64,000 nt of DNA from the NCBI GenBank assembly GCA_951406725.2, contig OX597832.1, forward strand, positions 28,396,001 to 28,460,000, given 5' to 3'. Shown here in pieces: positions 40,483 to 54,082 of this stretch. Numbering within the stretch: position 1 is the stretch's first letter; each line of letters starts with the position of its first letter. Under the pieces are notes generated by a model, which was not told the DNA's origin, did not search any database, and saw only the letters and a list, made by a program, of their open reading frames with translations. This DNA comes from Octopus vulgaris. Lineage: Eukaryota. A program made the position numbers and the translations under genes.

Positions 40483-41142
40483 AGGCTTCCATACATTTTT
40501 CCGTCAACTAAATTCATTTGCAAGGTATTAATCGACCCGCAGGCTATAGAAACAGACACATACCGAAAGTGTAATTTAGTAGGAGCGAACTCGAGATCTC
40601 GAGATTGCCAAGCGATCGACTTGGTCACACTGTTACGCCTGCAGCTGTGTTCATTTTGTTTTTACCTCTTACAAAATTTTCAATAAAACGTTCACATCTG
40701 CTGGACTACTGACCTATAAACTGTACGTAATATTTTCCTTGTGTCCAATACCTCCTGCGTTTACAGGCAGTAAAAGTTTTGTTGCAGATATTCCATTAAT
40801 ATTTCACGTTCCTTTGTATCTACCAAAGATCAGACATTTCTATTTATTTATTTATTTATTTATTCCAGAGCTGTCTTTCCTACAGATCGCTATGCATAAC
40901 GTTTTAGCAACAGCATTATGTCCCATTGGAAGGTAATATTTTGATAACATTTTTTGGGCAGCGACTGATCACGTGTGTAATATCTTCCATAAAAATGTTC
41001 AAATTGTGACTTAGTCGACGTATTTTGCGGTTTTACTACCTTTGGTACTGAAGAGGCGTCTTGTAGCTAGGCCCCGAACTGGGATTACAAAACGATAACC
41101 TTCGAAACGTAACGTGCTGTGATATAACGGTGTAATAAATAT

Positions 41143-41190
<48 letters not shown>

Positions 41191-41411
41191 AAATATTAAA
41201 TATCTAAATCTCTCGTAGAGATATGTACGGTGGTGGGGCGATCGAATGGTTGTATACTGTCAATCTAACATGAACGTGACAGTAGGGGGTATACCACCGC
41301 TGTATAGCCCTAGGAAGCATCGACGCCTCCTGATGGCTTTGACACATTTTTCCTGTGTCCTTATATACATTTACGAAGGGAAGACAAACACACCCAGCCG
41401 CCAGGGCTGCA

Positions 41412-41458
41412 TCTAGAGACACGCGTGTTTCAGGATCATTGTCCTTCGTCGGTCTAGA
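41412..41458 (-). ncRNA. Minimal hammerhead motif, CCGACGA core variant (family H3, element ~41190-41550)
   Basis: TCTAGA-CCGACGA-AGGA.CAATGA.TCCT-GAAAC-ACGCGT-GTC-TCTAGA: 6-bp stem I, 4-bp stem II, palindromic loop III. Confidence 0.7.
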
Positions 41459-41545
41459 CTAGCAGACACCGGTCAGCTGTTGATATCTGCCTCGACTCGC
41501 AATGTATATATCTAATTTCAGTGAAGTTTATTCACTAAATATAAA

Positions 41546-41607
<62 letters not shown>

Positions 41608-41608
41608 G

Positions 41609-41648
<40 letters not shown>

Positions 41649-41750
41649 GGAGTAAGCACATAAATGTGAAACAAGGTGGGTAAAAGAGTACTCAAATACC
41701 AGAGGTAGAGTAATATGCTTTATTTAAAAGCAGCAGAAATATAACAAAAG

Positions 41751-41788
41751 CTGTTACTCAGAGTTTCACGTTCCCATTCGTCGGACAG
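41751..41788 (-). ncRNA. Minimal hammerhead motif, CCGACGA core variant (family H4, element ~41646-41800)
   Basis: CTGT-CCGACGA-ATG.GGAA.CGT-GAAAC-TCTGA-GTA-ACAG between two (TA)n runs. Confidence 0.65.
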
Positions 41789-41798
41789 TTTTGTTAAA

Positions 41799-41846
<48 letters not shown>

Positions 41847-42361
41847 TATACATATATATATGCATACATATATCTTTTACTTGTTTCAGTCATTAGACTG
41901 CGGCCATGCTGGGGCACTACATTGAAAATTTTTTAGTCGAATGAATCGACTCCGGTGCTTATTCTAAAGCCTAGTAGTTAGTCTATCGGTGTCTTTTACC
42001 GAACCGCTAAGTTACGGGGATGTAAACACACCAACACCGGCTACAGTCAATAGCTATGCCCTCCATACATACATACATACAAACATACATACATACATAC
42101 ATACATACATACATACATACATACATACATACATACATACATACATACATACATGCATGCATGCATACATACATACATACATACATACATGCATGCATGC
42201 ATGCATACATACATACATACATACATACACACACATACACATACATACATACATACATACATACATACATAAACACACACACATACATACACACACACAT
42301 ACATACATACATACATACATACATACATACATACATACATACATACATACATACATACATA

Positions 42362-42685
42362 CAAACCTCCAGCTTTTATATCCTGATTATAAATTCACAT
42401 TTATAGAAATAATAATAATTAGGGCGAATAGTTTTGTGAGTAAATGAATAAATAGCAATCTGGATAAGCTTGGATTTTCAGAAAAAGAAATCAACCAGCT
42501 AATTCGCTCATTACAAATACAATCTCTAAGCGGAACGGTAAAAGTATGCAAGACTTTTCTCAAGTTTAGCACGTGACTTTGCTTTTGGTGTTTTCATTCC
42601 AGTGATGGAACTTTGTATCATTGTTGGAAACCAGCTCCTTTCTCAAACGAACAAATTAAATAATTCAAAACAGAAGTGAACATAC
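42362..42685 (+). mobile_element. 5'-truncated R4/Dong-like (RLE-type) LINE 3' end next to (CATA)n
   Basis: One frame reads NLQLLYPDYKFTFIEIIIIRANSFVSK*INSNLDKLGFSEKEINQLIRSLQIQSLSGTVKVCKTFLKFST*, resembling the PIIIGALG...LQ...GT.KI C-terminus of RLE LINEs; the 3' UTR ends in ACATAC. Confidence 0.65.
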
Positions 42686-42691
42686 TTCTGT

Positions 42692-43010
42692 GGAGCCGCG
42701 TGGGTTAGTGGTTACGGTGTCAGCATCATGATCGTAAGATTGTGGTTTCGATTCCTGGACCGGGCGACGCGTTGTGTCCTTCAGCAAGACACTTCATTTC
42801 AAGTTGGTCCAGTCCACTCAGCTGGCAAAAAGGAGTAACGCTGCGATGGACTGGTGTCCCGTCCAGCTGGGGAACACATACGCCTTAGAAACCGGGAAAC
42901 CGGGCCCATGAGCCTGGCTAGGCTTTAAAAGGGCGCATTTATTTTTAAATGGCGGTGCCCCAGCATGGCCACAGCTCGTGAGCTGAAACTGGATGAAATA
43001 AAATATATAA
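42692..43010 (+). mobile_element. SINE family C, full length
   Basis: GGAGCCGCGTGGGTTAGTGGTTA ... GGTTTCGATTCC ... GCAAGACACTT ... GCGATGGACTGG. Confidence 0.85.
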
Positions 43011-43043
43011 AAATACATACATTCCTCTGTGTGTGTGTGTGTG

Positions 43044-43084
<41 letters not shown>

Positions 43085-44184
43085 ACAATTAAAAGCATGT
43101 GAGTTCTCCAACGATCAATGTTCCTTGTCCGAAAGCCAATCCAAGATGTCTATTAAGTCGTTTCCTAGTAACAATTTAACTGTGATCCGTTTGCGAATAC
43201 GTAAAAGCAGAAGCAATGTTCCGACCAACGTGTTGATCTGTCCTCGTTAAGCTGGCCTATGACGATATAGGTTCCAGACGTGACCATCCCGTCCTTTTTC
43301 CCTGCATCAAAGTATCCAAAACTACATTCTGCAGCATAGTGTTAACACAGCAGGGTGTGATTTTAAAGACGTTTGGCTTCTGTTTCTAGCAGGCAATGAA
43401 GCACGTCGATGAACACCTGAAGATGACGAGTGATTAAACCTGTCAATCTATAGTGTTAAAAATGTCATGCCTGTCCTCCACCGACCCACCCATATTTCAT
43501 AGTACTTCACCAAAAATGGAAATTCTTTTGGTGAGAAGCTATTTCCTGACTATCTGCAATGAATGTTTAAACTGTCGGCTGAGAAATCGATAAAGCAGCC
43601 ATGTTTTCTCTTCCGTATCTATAATAATGAATATTGAAAAATATTCGCTTCTTGTGGCGAACTCTTCAGAGCTCCTCCTTACTTTTGACTATCACCACAA
43701 CCACCACCACCACCGTAACCACCACCCCCATCACCGCCACCACCAACACTTCTACCACCACCAACACCACTACCACCACCACCACCACCACCAACCTCTC
43801 ACTATTACTGCTTCCCTATCCTTCTCTTCTTACTATTTCTATCTACTCCTTCCTCTCCTTGTCTTTAATAAATCTCTCCTTCTCCCTCTCTTCACCTCTC
43901 CCCCTCATCCTCTCTCTCTCCCCCTCCTCTCTCCCTCTCTCTCCTCCTTACCATCTCCTAACTCATCATTAAATATAAAAACTTTTATTATTGTTTTTCT
44001 ATAAAAGCAAGAATTATCCATCGATTTACAGATTTTCTATCGCAATGTGGAATGGTTTATTCGCATCTCCCAATATTGACAACAACAAGCAACAACAATA
44101 GTAATAACAACAACAACAACAACATCACCCGCAACGGCAAGAATGGCGACAAGAACCATAATTCAATCTCAAGAGTTTTTCGCT

Positions 44185-45450
44185 CTCACACAGACTCTCT
44201 CTTTCTCTCCCCCTTTCTCTCTTTCCTTCCATCTCACAATCTCCCTCTCCCCCTCTCTCTGTCTCTCTTCCCCTTTCCCTGTTGGTCTGTTCCCCTCACT
44301 CCATCACTCTGTCTCTTTTTCTCCCCATCTCTCTGCCTGTCTCTCTCTCTTCCCTCTTTCTCTCCCTCTCTCTCTCCCTCTCTCTCTTCCCTCTCTCTCC
44401 CTCCCTCTCCCTCTTACTCTCCCCCTCCCTAACTGCGTGTCTCCCTGTCTCTCTTTCCTTTCTTGCTCGTTTTCCTCCTCTCTCTCTCTCTCTCTCGGTC
44501 CTTCTCTGTCCCCCTTTCTCTCTGTCTCTCGTTTCCATCTCTTCCCCCTCTCTCTGTCGGTCTGTTCCTCTCTCTCCCTCACTCTGTCTCTCTGTCTCTT
44601 TCTCTTCCCATCTCTCTGTCTGTCTCTCTGTCTCCCCCTCTCTCTCTCTGTCTCCCTGTCCCTCTTTTCTCTTTTGCTCGCTTTCCTCCCCCTCTTCTCT
44701 CCCTCTTTTTCTCTCTCTTTATTTCTATCTCACAATTTCTCAGTCTCTCTTCCCCTCTCTTTCCCCCTCTGGCTTTATCTCCCCTCTTCCCCCTCATCCA
44801 TCCCTTCCCCCCACTTTCTTACCAGTCAAAACCCCGGATCACACCAACTCCAATATGTTCTTCAGCAAAATATATGGATTGGTTTACAAGATGGTTCCAC
44901 TATTAACCGAGCAACAACAACAACAACAACAACAGCAAAACCACCACCACCACCACCACCACCACCAGCACCACCGTTGTCAACAGCAACAGCAACAACA
45001 ACAACAACAACAGCAAGTCACATGACAAACGATGCGATTGTTACATCAAGTGATCCTGTTTTTTCTTTCACTCTCCCCCTCTTATTTCTTCCACCCCCTC
45101 TCCTTTCTCCCTCCTCCTCCTCCTCCTCCGCATCCACATCCTCCGCATCCACATCCTCCGCATCCACTTCTCCCTCCACCCCCTCTTTCTTTATTTCTTC
45201 CTCCTCTCCTCCTCCTCCCCCTCCCCATCCTCCTCCTCCTCTTCTTCTTCTTCTTCCTCCTCCTCTCCATCCTCCTCCTCCCCACCTTCCTCCTCCTCAC
45301 CCCACCCCTCTTTCTTCCTCCTCCTCCTCCTCCTCTTCCTCCTCCTCTCCATCCTCCTCCTCCCCACCTTCCTCCTCCCCACCCCACCCCTCTTTCTTCC
45401 TCCTCCTCCACATCCTCCGCATCCACTTCTCCCTCCACCCACCACCCGCT
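44185..45450. repeat. Long CT-rich polypyrimidine tracts with CAA/CCA/CCT triplets
   Basis: Directly visible. Confidence 0.85.
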
Positions 45451-45629
45451 TCATGCGTTTTCTGGATCCATATATATACCCACACACAGAGTCGGATTGC
45501 GATTATGGATCGATGGCGAATCCATCGTTAATTAAGATCCACCAACGCAACTCCGGTTGGTCTCTTTTGAAACTTCAATAAATGGATTTAGATAGCAGCG
45601 CCATCTATCACATGGTGGCTTCGTAATAG

Positions 45630-46240
45630 CAGTGGCTGCGGTGGCGATGGTGGTGGTGGTGGTGGTTGTGTTAATAGCGGTGGTTGTGGCGGTAGTAGTG
45701 GTGCTGGTGGCGGTTGTAGTTGTAGTGGTATGTCATGTAATGGTAGCCAGGCCATTTATCACAAAGTTCCAGCTCAGGAAGGATCACAACAGGAAGACTC
45801 AGTAGCGTGGGTTGTGGTGGTCGTGGTGTTGGTTGTAGCAGTGGTGGTGGTGGTGGTGGTCGTCGTCGTCGTCGTCGTCGTAGTAGTAGTAGTCATGGTG
45901 TTGAAGCAGTGGTGGTGGTAGTAGTAGTAATGGTGGTGGTGGTGGTGATGGTCGTAGTGGTGGTGGTGGTAGTAGTAGTAATAGTAGTCATGGTGATTGT
46001 AGTGGTGGTGGTGATGGCGGTGGTAGTGGTAGTGGTGCTAGTAGTAGTAGTAGTAGTAATGATGGTGATGGTAGTGGTGATGGTGGTAGTGGTGGTAGCA
46101 GTAGTAGTGGTGGTGGTGGTGATACTACTAGTAGTAGTAGTAGTTGTTGTAGTAGTAGTAATAGTAATAGTAGTTGGTGGTGATGGTGATGGTAGTAGTA
46201 GTGGTAGTGGTAGTGGTGGTAATAGTAGTAGTGGCAGTAT

Positions 46241-46277
<37 letters not shown>

Positions 46278-46385
46278 GGTGGTGGTGGTGGTGGTAAGGC
46301 AAGCAAGGCCGTTGATCACATAGTCGGTTCATAGTGTGGGTGGCAGTGGTGGTGGTGGTAGTGCTGTTTTGTGTTGGTGGTAGTC
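45630..46385. repeat. (GGT)/(AGT) trinucleotide tract
   Basis: Directly visible. Confidence 0.9.
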
Positions 46386-46547
46386 CCTCCTGTGTGACTG
46401 TGGGTGGGTGGGTGTGCGGGAGGGAGGGATGGACAGAGGCGTGGTGTCACGGTCGGACTTTGTTCCTGGTCTCTCAGTAGCGTTTCACAAAATCCCAGGA
46501 TTTAATTAATGTTGCTCCGTTTTAATTAACCGTATTGAGTACTTTTT

Positions 46548-46950
46548 TCTCTTACTCTTTTACTCTTTTACTTGTTTCAGTCATTTGACTGCGGCCATGC
46601 TGGAGCACCACATTTAGTCGAGCAAATATACCCCAGGACTTATCCTTTGTAAGCCTACTACTTATTCTATCGGTCTCTAAGTTACAGGGATGTAAACACA
46701 CCAGCATCGGTTGTCAAGCGATGTTGGGCTAACAAACACAGACACACAAACATATATACGCACATACATATATATATACATATATACGATGGGGTTCTTT
46801 CAGTTTCCGTCAACCAAATCCACTCACGAGGCTTTGATCGGCCCGAGGCTATAGTAGAAGACATTTGCCCAAGGTGCAACGCAGTGGGACTGAACCCGGA
46901 ACCATGTGGTTCGTAAGCAAACTACTTACCACACAGCCACTCCTGTGCCT
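46548..46950 (-). mobile_element. SINE family B
   Basis: Matches the family B sequence end to end. Confidence 0.85.
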
Positions 46951-46987
46951 CTTCATTACAATTCCTCACCAAGATGATGCTAAAGAG

Positions 46988-47025
<38 letters not shown>

Positions 47026-47104
47026 CATCCACACTCTTTCACTCTCTCTTTCTCTATAACACACACACACAGGAGCTTCTGATTACCATGGGCCAGGAAT
47101 AACA

Positions 47105-47340
47105 TTAAAAAAAGCTCCTTCCGTGTCATATAAAGTCATAAGACCGGTTTCCTAGTCCCTGTGGCATATAAATTATCCCCTGGATGGGACGCTGGTCTGT
47201 CGTAGAGTTACTCATTTTTGCCAGCTGAGGGAACTGGAGACACTTGAAATGAAGAGCTTAACTCCGGTCCAAGAATCGAAACCGCAATCTTACGATCACC
47301 AACCAATGACGCCCATAACCGCTAAGTCTCACGCCTCCAC
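47105..47340 (-). mobile_element. SINE family C, diverged
   Basis: GTTACTCATTTTTGCCAGCTGAG...GAATCGAAACC.CAATCTTACGATCA. Confidence 0.7.
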
Positions 47341-47490
47341 CTGAATAACATTGTTGTTCTCATATTGATTTCAATTTTTAGCACAAGGCTAGCAATTTCG
47401 GGGGAGCGGTCAAGTCGATTACATCGACCCCAATCCTCAACTGGTACTTATTTCATCGCTCTCCGAATGGATATAAGGCTAAGTTGACCT

Positions 47491-47907
47491 AAAGCGGCGA
47501 GCTGGCCGAATCGTTAGCGCGCCGGGCGAAATCCTTAGCGGTATTTCGTCTGTCGTTACGTTCTAAGTTCAAATTCTGCCGAGGTCGACTTTGCCTTTCA
47601 TCCTTTCGGGGTCGATAAATAAAGTACCAGTTTAGCACTGGGGTCGATATAATCGACTTAATCCTTTATCTGTCCTTGTTTGTCCCCTCTGTGTTTAGCC
47701 CCTTGTAGGGTACTAAAGAAATAGGTATTTCGTCTGCCGCTACGTTCTGAGTTCAAATTCTGCCGAAGTCGACTTTGCCTTTCATCCTTTCGGAGTCGAT
47801 AAATAAAGTACCAGTTTCGCACTGGGGGTCGATGTAATTGACTTAATCCTATTATCTGTCCTTTTTTGTCTCCTCTGTGTTTAGCCCCTTGTGGGCAATA
47901 AAGAAAT
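47491..47907 (+). mobile_element. SINE family A dimer inserted antisense into another family A copy (47365-48015)
   Basis: 20-bp TSD ATATAAGGCTAAGT(T/C)GACCT at 47471-47490 and 47908-47927. Confidence 0.9.
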
Positions 47908-48576
47908 ATATAAGGCTAAGTCGACCTCAGAGGAATTTTAGCTCGAAACGTAAAGACAAACGAAATTCCGCCAAGCATTTCGCCCGATCTGCTCACAATT
48001 CGACAAGTTCGCTTCCTCACACTGTTCTCATATTGACGCAATTTCAAACGAGAAATTAAATATTTATTATCGTTCTGAAACTGTCGTGTCATTGTAATGT
48101 CTTGTGTTTCCGTTTTAAAAATGCTGTTCCTTCCTTCCTCCGACCAAAGTATAATGCCGTCCAACCTCAAATGACGATAAATAAAAGAAAGGACAGACAA
48201 GAGGTTGAGGACATTGTTAATAGCTCCATGTGATAAATTGGAAAGACATTGAACGTGCTGACAGCCAAAACTGGGCGAGTCTTTGGAATGAATAAAAGAA
48301 CAACGAGGATAATTCTAAGAAGAAGAAGACAAAATGAAAGACGACAGGGAAAATAAATGGAAAACTGCTCCTGGTCCAGGTAAACAAACAAAAATATAGA
48401 AGTGCCATTATAGAAACGATCTGTTTTTTGTCTTTAAATATGGAAGATTGCAACCAAACAACGAATTCTTCCAACAACCATCGTGGTTAATAATATGAGA
48501 GTTTTGAAGAATCTTTTCTGGAATTAGAATAACCTCCGAGTAATTTCAAAAGGATCTTTGCCTTTTACCCATTACT

Positions 48577-48935
48577 CGGCCATGCTGGGGCACCGAACTG
48601 AAAGGCTTTAGTCGAACAAATCGATCTCAAAACTTATCTATTGTTTTTTTTTTTTTGTTTTATTCTAACAGTTTCTTTTGCCAAACCACGAAGTTACAAG
48701 GAAAGTAAACAAACCAACCCCGGTTGTCAACTGGTGACAGTGGGGATGACAAATACAGACACACACACAAGTAAACACAAGCACACGCGCGCGCGCGACG
48801 GGCTTCCATATAGTTTCCGTCTACCATATTCATTCACAAAACTCGAAGCTATTGTAAAAGACACTTGTCGAAGGAGCCGCACGGTGAGACTGAACTGGGA
48901 ACCGCGTGGTTGCAGAGCGATCTTCTTAACCACGC
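48577..48935 (-). mobile_element. SINE family B, diverged
   Basis: Collinear but degenerate match to family B. Confidence 0.7.
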
Positions 48936-49460
48936 AATCAAGTCGGATAAGACTTCACAATGCTGTCATAACAGCTGAGGTTGCAACTGCAGACAAAATG
49001 CAACCGAAAAATAAATCGATGATTTGGAAATAAATTATCGAAACGGGATTCTAAGGATAAAGAATGGTCGATGAAATGGAAAATATTCTGGGTGAAATTG
49101 TCTCCATTAAACCTTTTTAATCGAAGACTGAAAAATTGAGACCTTGATTTAAAATGTGAAAAGGTCTGTTTACAATAGAGACGATACCGATATCGGATTT
49201 ATTTTAATTACATTTGGAAGAATTAAGTGATTGCGACCTCTTTAAAATGGATCAACGGACGTGAGTGAATGGCAATGAAGCGGACATTAAAAAAATAATT
49301 ATGAGAATGAGCGAAAGTTGATGAATATAAACGTAAAACGATGTGATTTTTGGTGAATTTGAAATTTTTGAACGATTAATTATGGCTGTCATCGTTAATA
49401 GCGAATGGATCCGGCAAGGTGGATGAAACTTGGATAAGAACTTCGAAATTGCAGATATAT

Positions 49461-49872
49461 ACTCTTTTACTCTTTTACTTGTTTCAGTCATTTGACTGTG
49501 GCTATGCTGGAGCACTGCCTTTTAGTCGAGCAAATCGACCCCAGGACTTATTCTTTTGCGAGCCTAGTACTTATTCTATCGATCTTTTTTACCGAACCGC
49601 TAAGTTACGAGAACGTAAACACACCAGCATCGGTTGTCAAGCGATGTTGGGGTAACAAACACAGACACACAAACATATACACACACATGCATATACATAT
49701 ATATACATATATAGGACGGGCTTCTTTCAGTTTCCGTCAACAAAATCCACTCACAAGGCTTTGGTCGGCCCGAGGCTATAGCAGAAGACACTTGCCCAAG
49801 GTGCCACGCAGTGGGACTGAACCCGGAACCATGTGGTTGGTAAGCAAGCTACTTACCACACAGCCACTCCTG
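49461..49872 (-). mobile_element. SINE family B, full length
   Basis: High identity to 3001-3433. Confidence 0.9.
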
Positions 49873-50527
49873 TAGAAAAAAAAAAGTATGTCCCTTGGAC
49901 ATTTCAGTCCGCGAATCGTAGAACACATAGGGCAGGATACCCGGTTTCCACGGCTTAAAAATAACCGAAATCACAACAGCTGCTCCGAAAGGGACGTAAA
50001 TTGATTTTTAAATCCAGAATGCAACGCACGTTCGGTCCAGGTATCGAAGCTGAGATCTTGCGATCGTGTGTGCAAAACGGAGACCTCTTGGCCAAAAATT
50101 TTCAGACAATAAATAAATAAATAAATAAATAAATAAATATATAAATAATAAAATGAAAAACGAAAAGAAAAGAAATGAAAAATGTAATTCAACCACAGAT
50201 CGTTGAGGATTCCTTTTTTATCTTCTGCGAAACGCATTAGTAAAGATTAAATCTTTCTCTGTCCACGACACTGCAATAAACTTGATCAATTTTTAACCAA
50301 CAGTTGATTAATAAATGCATCTTGATTGACTTTTGTTAGTGATTTAATTTGAAATATGGTTTAAAGAATTGCATTAAACAGTATTTTGTCTTGACTCTTG
50401 AAACGATTCTGGAGCAAATTAATGAAGTTCTTAAGCTCTGATGTCGTGTATTCAACATGTTTTCAATTAGACCGGCAGTTTGCCGAACGAATTGATTGTG
50501 CTAATCGGGATTTCATTACACATACAG

Positions 50528-50581
<54 letters not shown>

Positions 50582-50736
50582 CTGGGAATGCATACAATGA
50601 GCTTCTCTGCCCTAGATGTATGGAAAACATTCAGCGAGAAACGGAAGAAAATTTGAAGAAAGAAGGAAAAAAACATAATAATAATAATAATAATAATGAT
50701 GATAATAATGATAATAATAATAACAACAACAACAAC

Positions 50737-50815
<79 letters not shown>

Positions 50816-50876
50816 TGACAACAAAAGAATGAACGAGACTTCGATATTATGTAAATAGAATATTTTTTGTTTGCCT

Positions 50877-50939
50877 TAATAACTGATGAAATGCCGAGAC
50901 AGACTTCAGCCCCGGCATCCGAAACTCTGAGTTTTATTA
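50877..50939 (+). ncRNA. Minimal hammerhead motif in a family H1-related element (50815-50965)
   Basis: TAATAA-CTGATGA-A[ATGCCG...CGGCAT]CC-GAAAC-TCTGA-GTT-TTATTA. Confidence 0.6.
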
Positions 50940-51206
50940 TGACAACCAACTAACTGTCACATATTATATATATATATTACGGAGATGTCCTTGCATAGCA
51001 AGTGACCTGATCTGATATCGTGTGCTGGAACGAAAACAATTGCAGCGTGGAAGGTGTTTTAAGCCATTTAAGAAGCACACAAAAACCGTTAGATTCACTT
51101 CAACATTTAAATTTAATTTGCCAAAATATTTCCGTCGCTTTGAGACCGCGACCTTTTCACTGACAAAATTCCGTGCTGCATATATATATATATATATATA
51201 TATATA

Positions 51207-51367
51207 AGACGGGCTTCTTTCAGTTTCCGTCTACGGAATACACTCACAAAGCTTTGGTTGGCCCGAGGCTATAGTAGAAATCACTTGCTCAAGGTGACAC
51301 GCAGTGGCACTGAACCCGGAACCATGTGGGTTGAAAGCAAGCTTCTTACCACAAAGCTACGCCTGCA
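51207..51367 (-). mobile_element. SINE family B 5' half
   Basis: tRNA-like head through to the internal (TA)n. Confidence 0.8.
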
Positions 51368-51389
51368 CATATATATATATATATATATC

Positions 51390-51430
<41 letters not shown>

Positions 51431-51732
51431 AGAAATTCACAATTGGATTGTTAGTCTATGCAAGAAGTAATTGATTTAACAAACATCTCTCCATAGAATC
51501 GCGCAAACTCGAGAGAATTTATAAATGTTGATAACGGCAACGCCAACCATTTAAAGTGCCGCCTTTCTCTTGCAGAACAACAAAAGCAGGAACATTGCGA
51601 AGAAGAGAACTGCTTCAATGGCGGCCGAAGCAATTTGCATGAAGCGAAAAGAATCGGAAGAAATCATGTTTACTCTGCAATTAACATCTTTTTGAATTGT
51701 TAATTTCTTTTATCACACGATTTGGCCCCCCT

Positions 51733-51736
51733 TCGT

Positions 51737-51820
<84 letters not shown>

Positions 51821-51826
51821 TGTTTC

Positions 51827-51880
<54 letters not shown>

Positions 51881-52138
51881 TTTTCTTTCTTTGTTTGTTT
51901 CTTTGTTTGTTTGTTTCTTTCTTTCCTTCTTTCTTTCCTTCCTTCCTTCCTTCTTCCTTTCTTTCTTTCTTTCTTTCCTTCCTTCCTTCTTTCTTTCCTT
52001 CCTTCCTTCCTTTCCTTTCTTTCTTTCTTTCTTTCTTTCCTTCCTTCCTTCTTTCTTTCTTTCTTCCTTCCTTTCTTTCTTTCTTTCCTTGTTTGTTTGT
52101 TTGTTTGTTTCTTTCTTTCGCTCTTTCTTTCGTTCTTA

Positions 52139-52173
<35 letters not shown>

Positions 52174-52225
52174 TCCTTCGTTCTTTCTTCCTTCCTTCCT
52201 TTCTTTCTTTCTTTCTTTCTTTCTT

Positions 52226-52264
<39 letters not shown>

Positions 52265-52288
52265 TTCTCTCCTTTCGCTCTTTCTTTC

Positions 52289-52319
<31 letters not shown>

Positions 52320-52505
52320 TTTCTTTCGTTCTTTCTTTCTTTGTTTCGTTGTTTCCTTCCTTCCTTCCTTCCTTCCTTCCTTCCTTCCTTCCTTCCTTCC
52401 TTCTTTCTTTCTTTCTTTCTTTCTTTCTCTCTTTCTCTCCTTTCGCTCTTTCTTTGTTTCTTTCCTTCTTTCTCTCTCTCTCTCTCTATCCCCCCCTCTC
52501 TCTCT
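51733..52505. repeat. ~770-bp (TTTC)n/(TTCC)n polypyrimidine tract
   Basis: Directly visible. Confidence 0.95.
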
Positions 52506-52641
52506 GGGCTTACGATCATGATGTGGGTTCGATTCGGGAACCAGGCAGCATGTCGTATCCTTGACCAAGTGCTTCATCTCGCGTTCACCGTATCTACTGC
52601 GTTGAAAGCTGCTTAAAAGCCGATCGCTGGTGCCGCCCACT

Positions 52642-52683
<42 letters not shown>

Positions 52684-52848
52684 CATCTCTTACACCCTCT
52701 CTCCCGTCCTCTCACCCTCCAGACCTCCCTCTCTTCCTTCAGCCCCCCCCTCTCTTCCTTCCCTTCCATTCCTCCATCCAGACCTCCTCCCTCCTCTCTG
52801 CCAGATATCGCATCCTGGATGTTCTTCTGCATCAAAGCTAGGGGCGGA

Positions 52849-52950
<102 letters not shown>

Positions 52951-53527
52951 ATGACTTTATATATATATGCATGCGCACATCCAAGCTAAGAGCGTCTACA
53001 AAGCCGATAGGAACGGCCCTCCACCCATCCCAAGGCGACAGCAAAAACAGCAGCAGCAGCAGCAGCAATAAGGACAGCAACGGATAACATCAAAATTAAC
53101 CAATAACATTAGTAAATGGTATGTAAATAATAAAGGCCATCGTTACGGAAACTCTAGTTACGGACTCCTGTGGTTTCAGAAATTGTTAAATACATAAATA
53201 ATTTCGGGATACGTCATGTAATTCTGTCATTACCGTAACTCGGGTAAATTTTAGCAAGCTCAAAAATTATAATTACAAAGCGCGACTCTGTGTGTGTGTG
53301 TGCGTGCGTGTGTGTGTGTGTGCGTGCACGCGCGCGTGTGTGTGTTTGTGTGTGTGTATATATATATGGTATAAAATTTTGGATATATATGTTTTTCATT
53401 TTTCGATTTGTTCCTGTCGAATTTTATCCCTAATTTTTGTGGTTATAGAACCTAGCTGTTCTTTCTAGCGTGTTGAATTCCTATAAGTGGATTCGTCATG
53501 TGTTTAAATATACACTATATCGTATGA

Positions 53528-53649
<122 letters not shown>

Positions 53650-53821
53650 TGGCACAACAAGGCACGAATATTTACTGGAAATAGCGGTCGATACATTTAC
53701 AACGCTATAGTAAAGCTTCACTGCGTAAAAACTGACAAAGACGTGTGAGTATAACAAATATGAAAAGTTTCGTTTTACCTCTAGGAAGAACATTATAAAA
53801 ATGGACAACCCAGAATCAGAT

Positions 53822-53896
53822 AATCCAGTACCTAGGTTTCGGACTTTTCGAATACGTTTGTCGTCTTAAATTTGATTAGTCTTCATCAGCTGGATT
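53822..53896 (-). ncRNA. Type I hammerhead ribozyme motif, canonical core (family H5)
   Basis: AATCCAG-CTGATGA-A[GACT...AGTC]C-GAAAC-CTAG-GTA-CTGGATT: perfect 7-bp stem I, palindromic ACCTAGGT stem III region, GUA triplet. Confidence 0.75.
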
Positions 53897-54021
53897 TACC
53901 TGGATAACATTTCACATGTTGCTACATCAGTGCCATTCCTTGTTGTACCACTACTCTATAGTTATACTTCTACCTTTAAGGTGCTTTATTTTACTGGAAG
54001 GAAAGTAATACATTTGCATTG

Positions 54022-54077
<56 letters not shown>

Positions 54078-54082
<5 letters not shown>

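Noticed and set aside
44143-45531. 462-aa Ser/Leu/Pro-rich ORF
   Set aside because: Made of CT-rich and triplet repeats; no domain or splice support.
45590-45612. CTCF-like AGATGGCGC on the minus strand
   Set aside because: Single short partial match with no independent support.
51681-52835. 384-aa Lys/Glu/Arg-rich ORF
   Set aside because: Translation of (GAAA)n/(GGAA)n, which has no stop codons.
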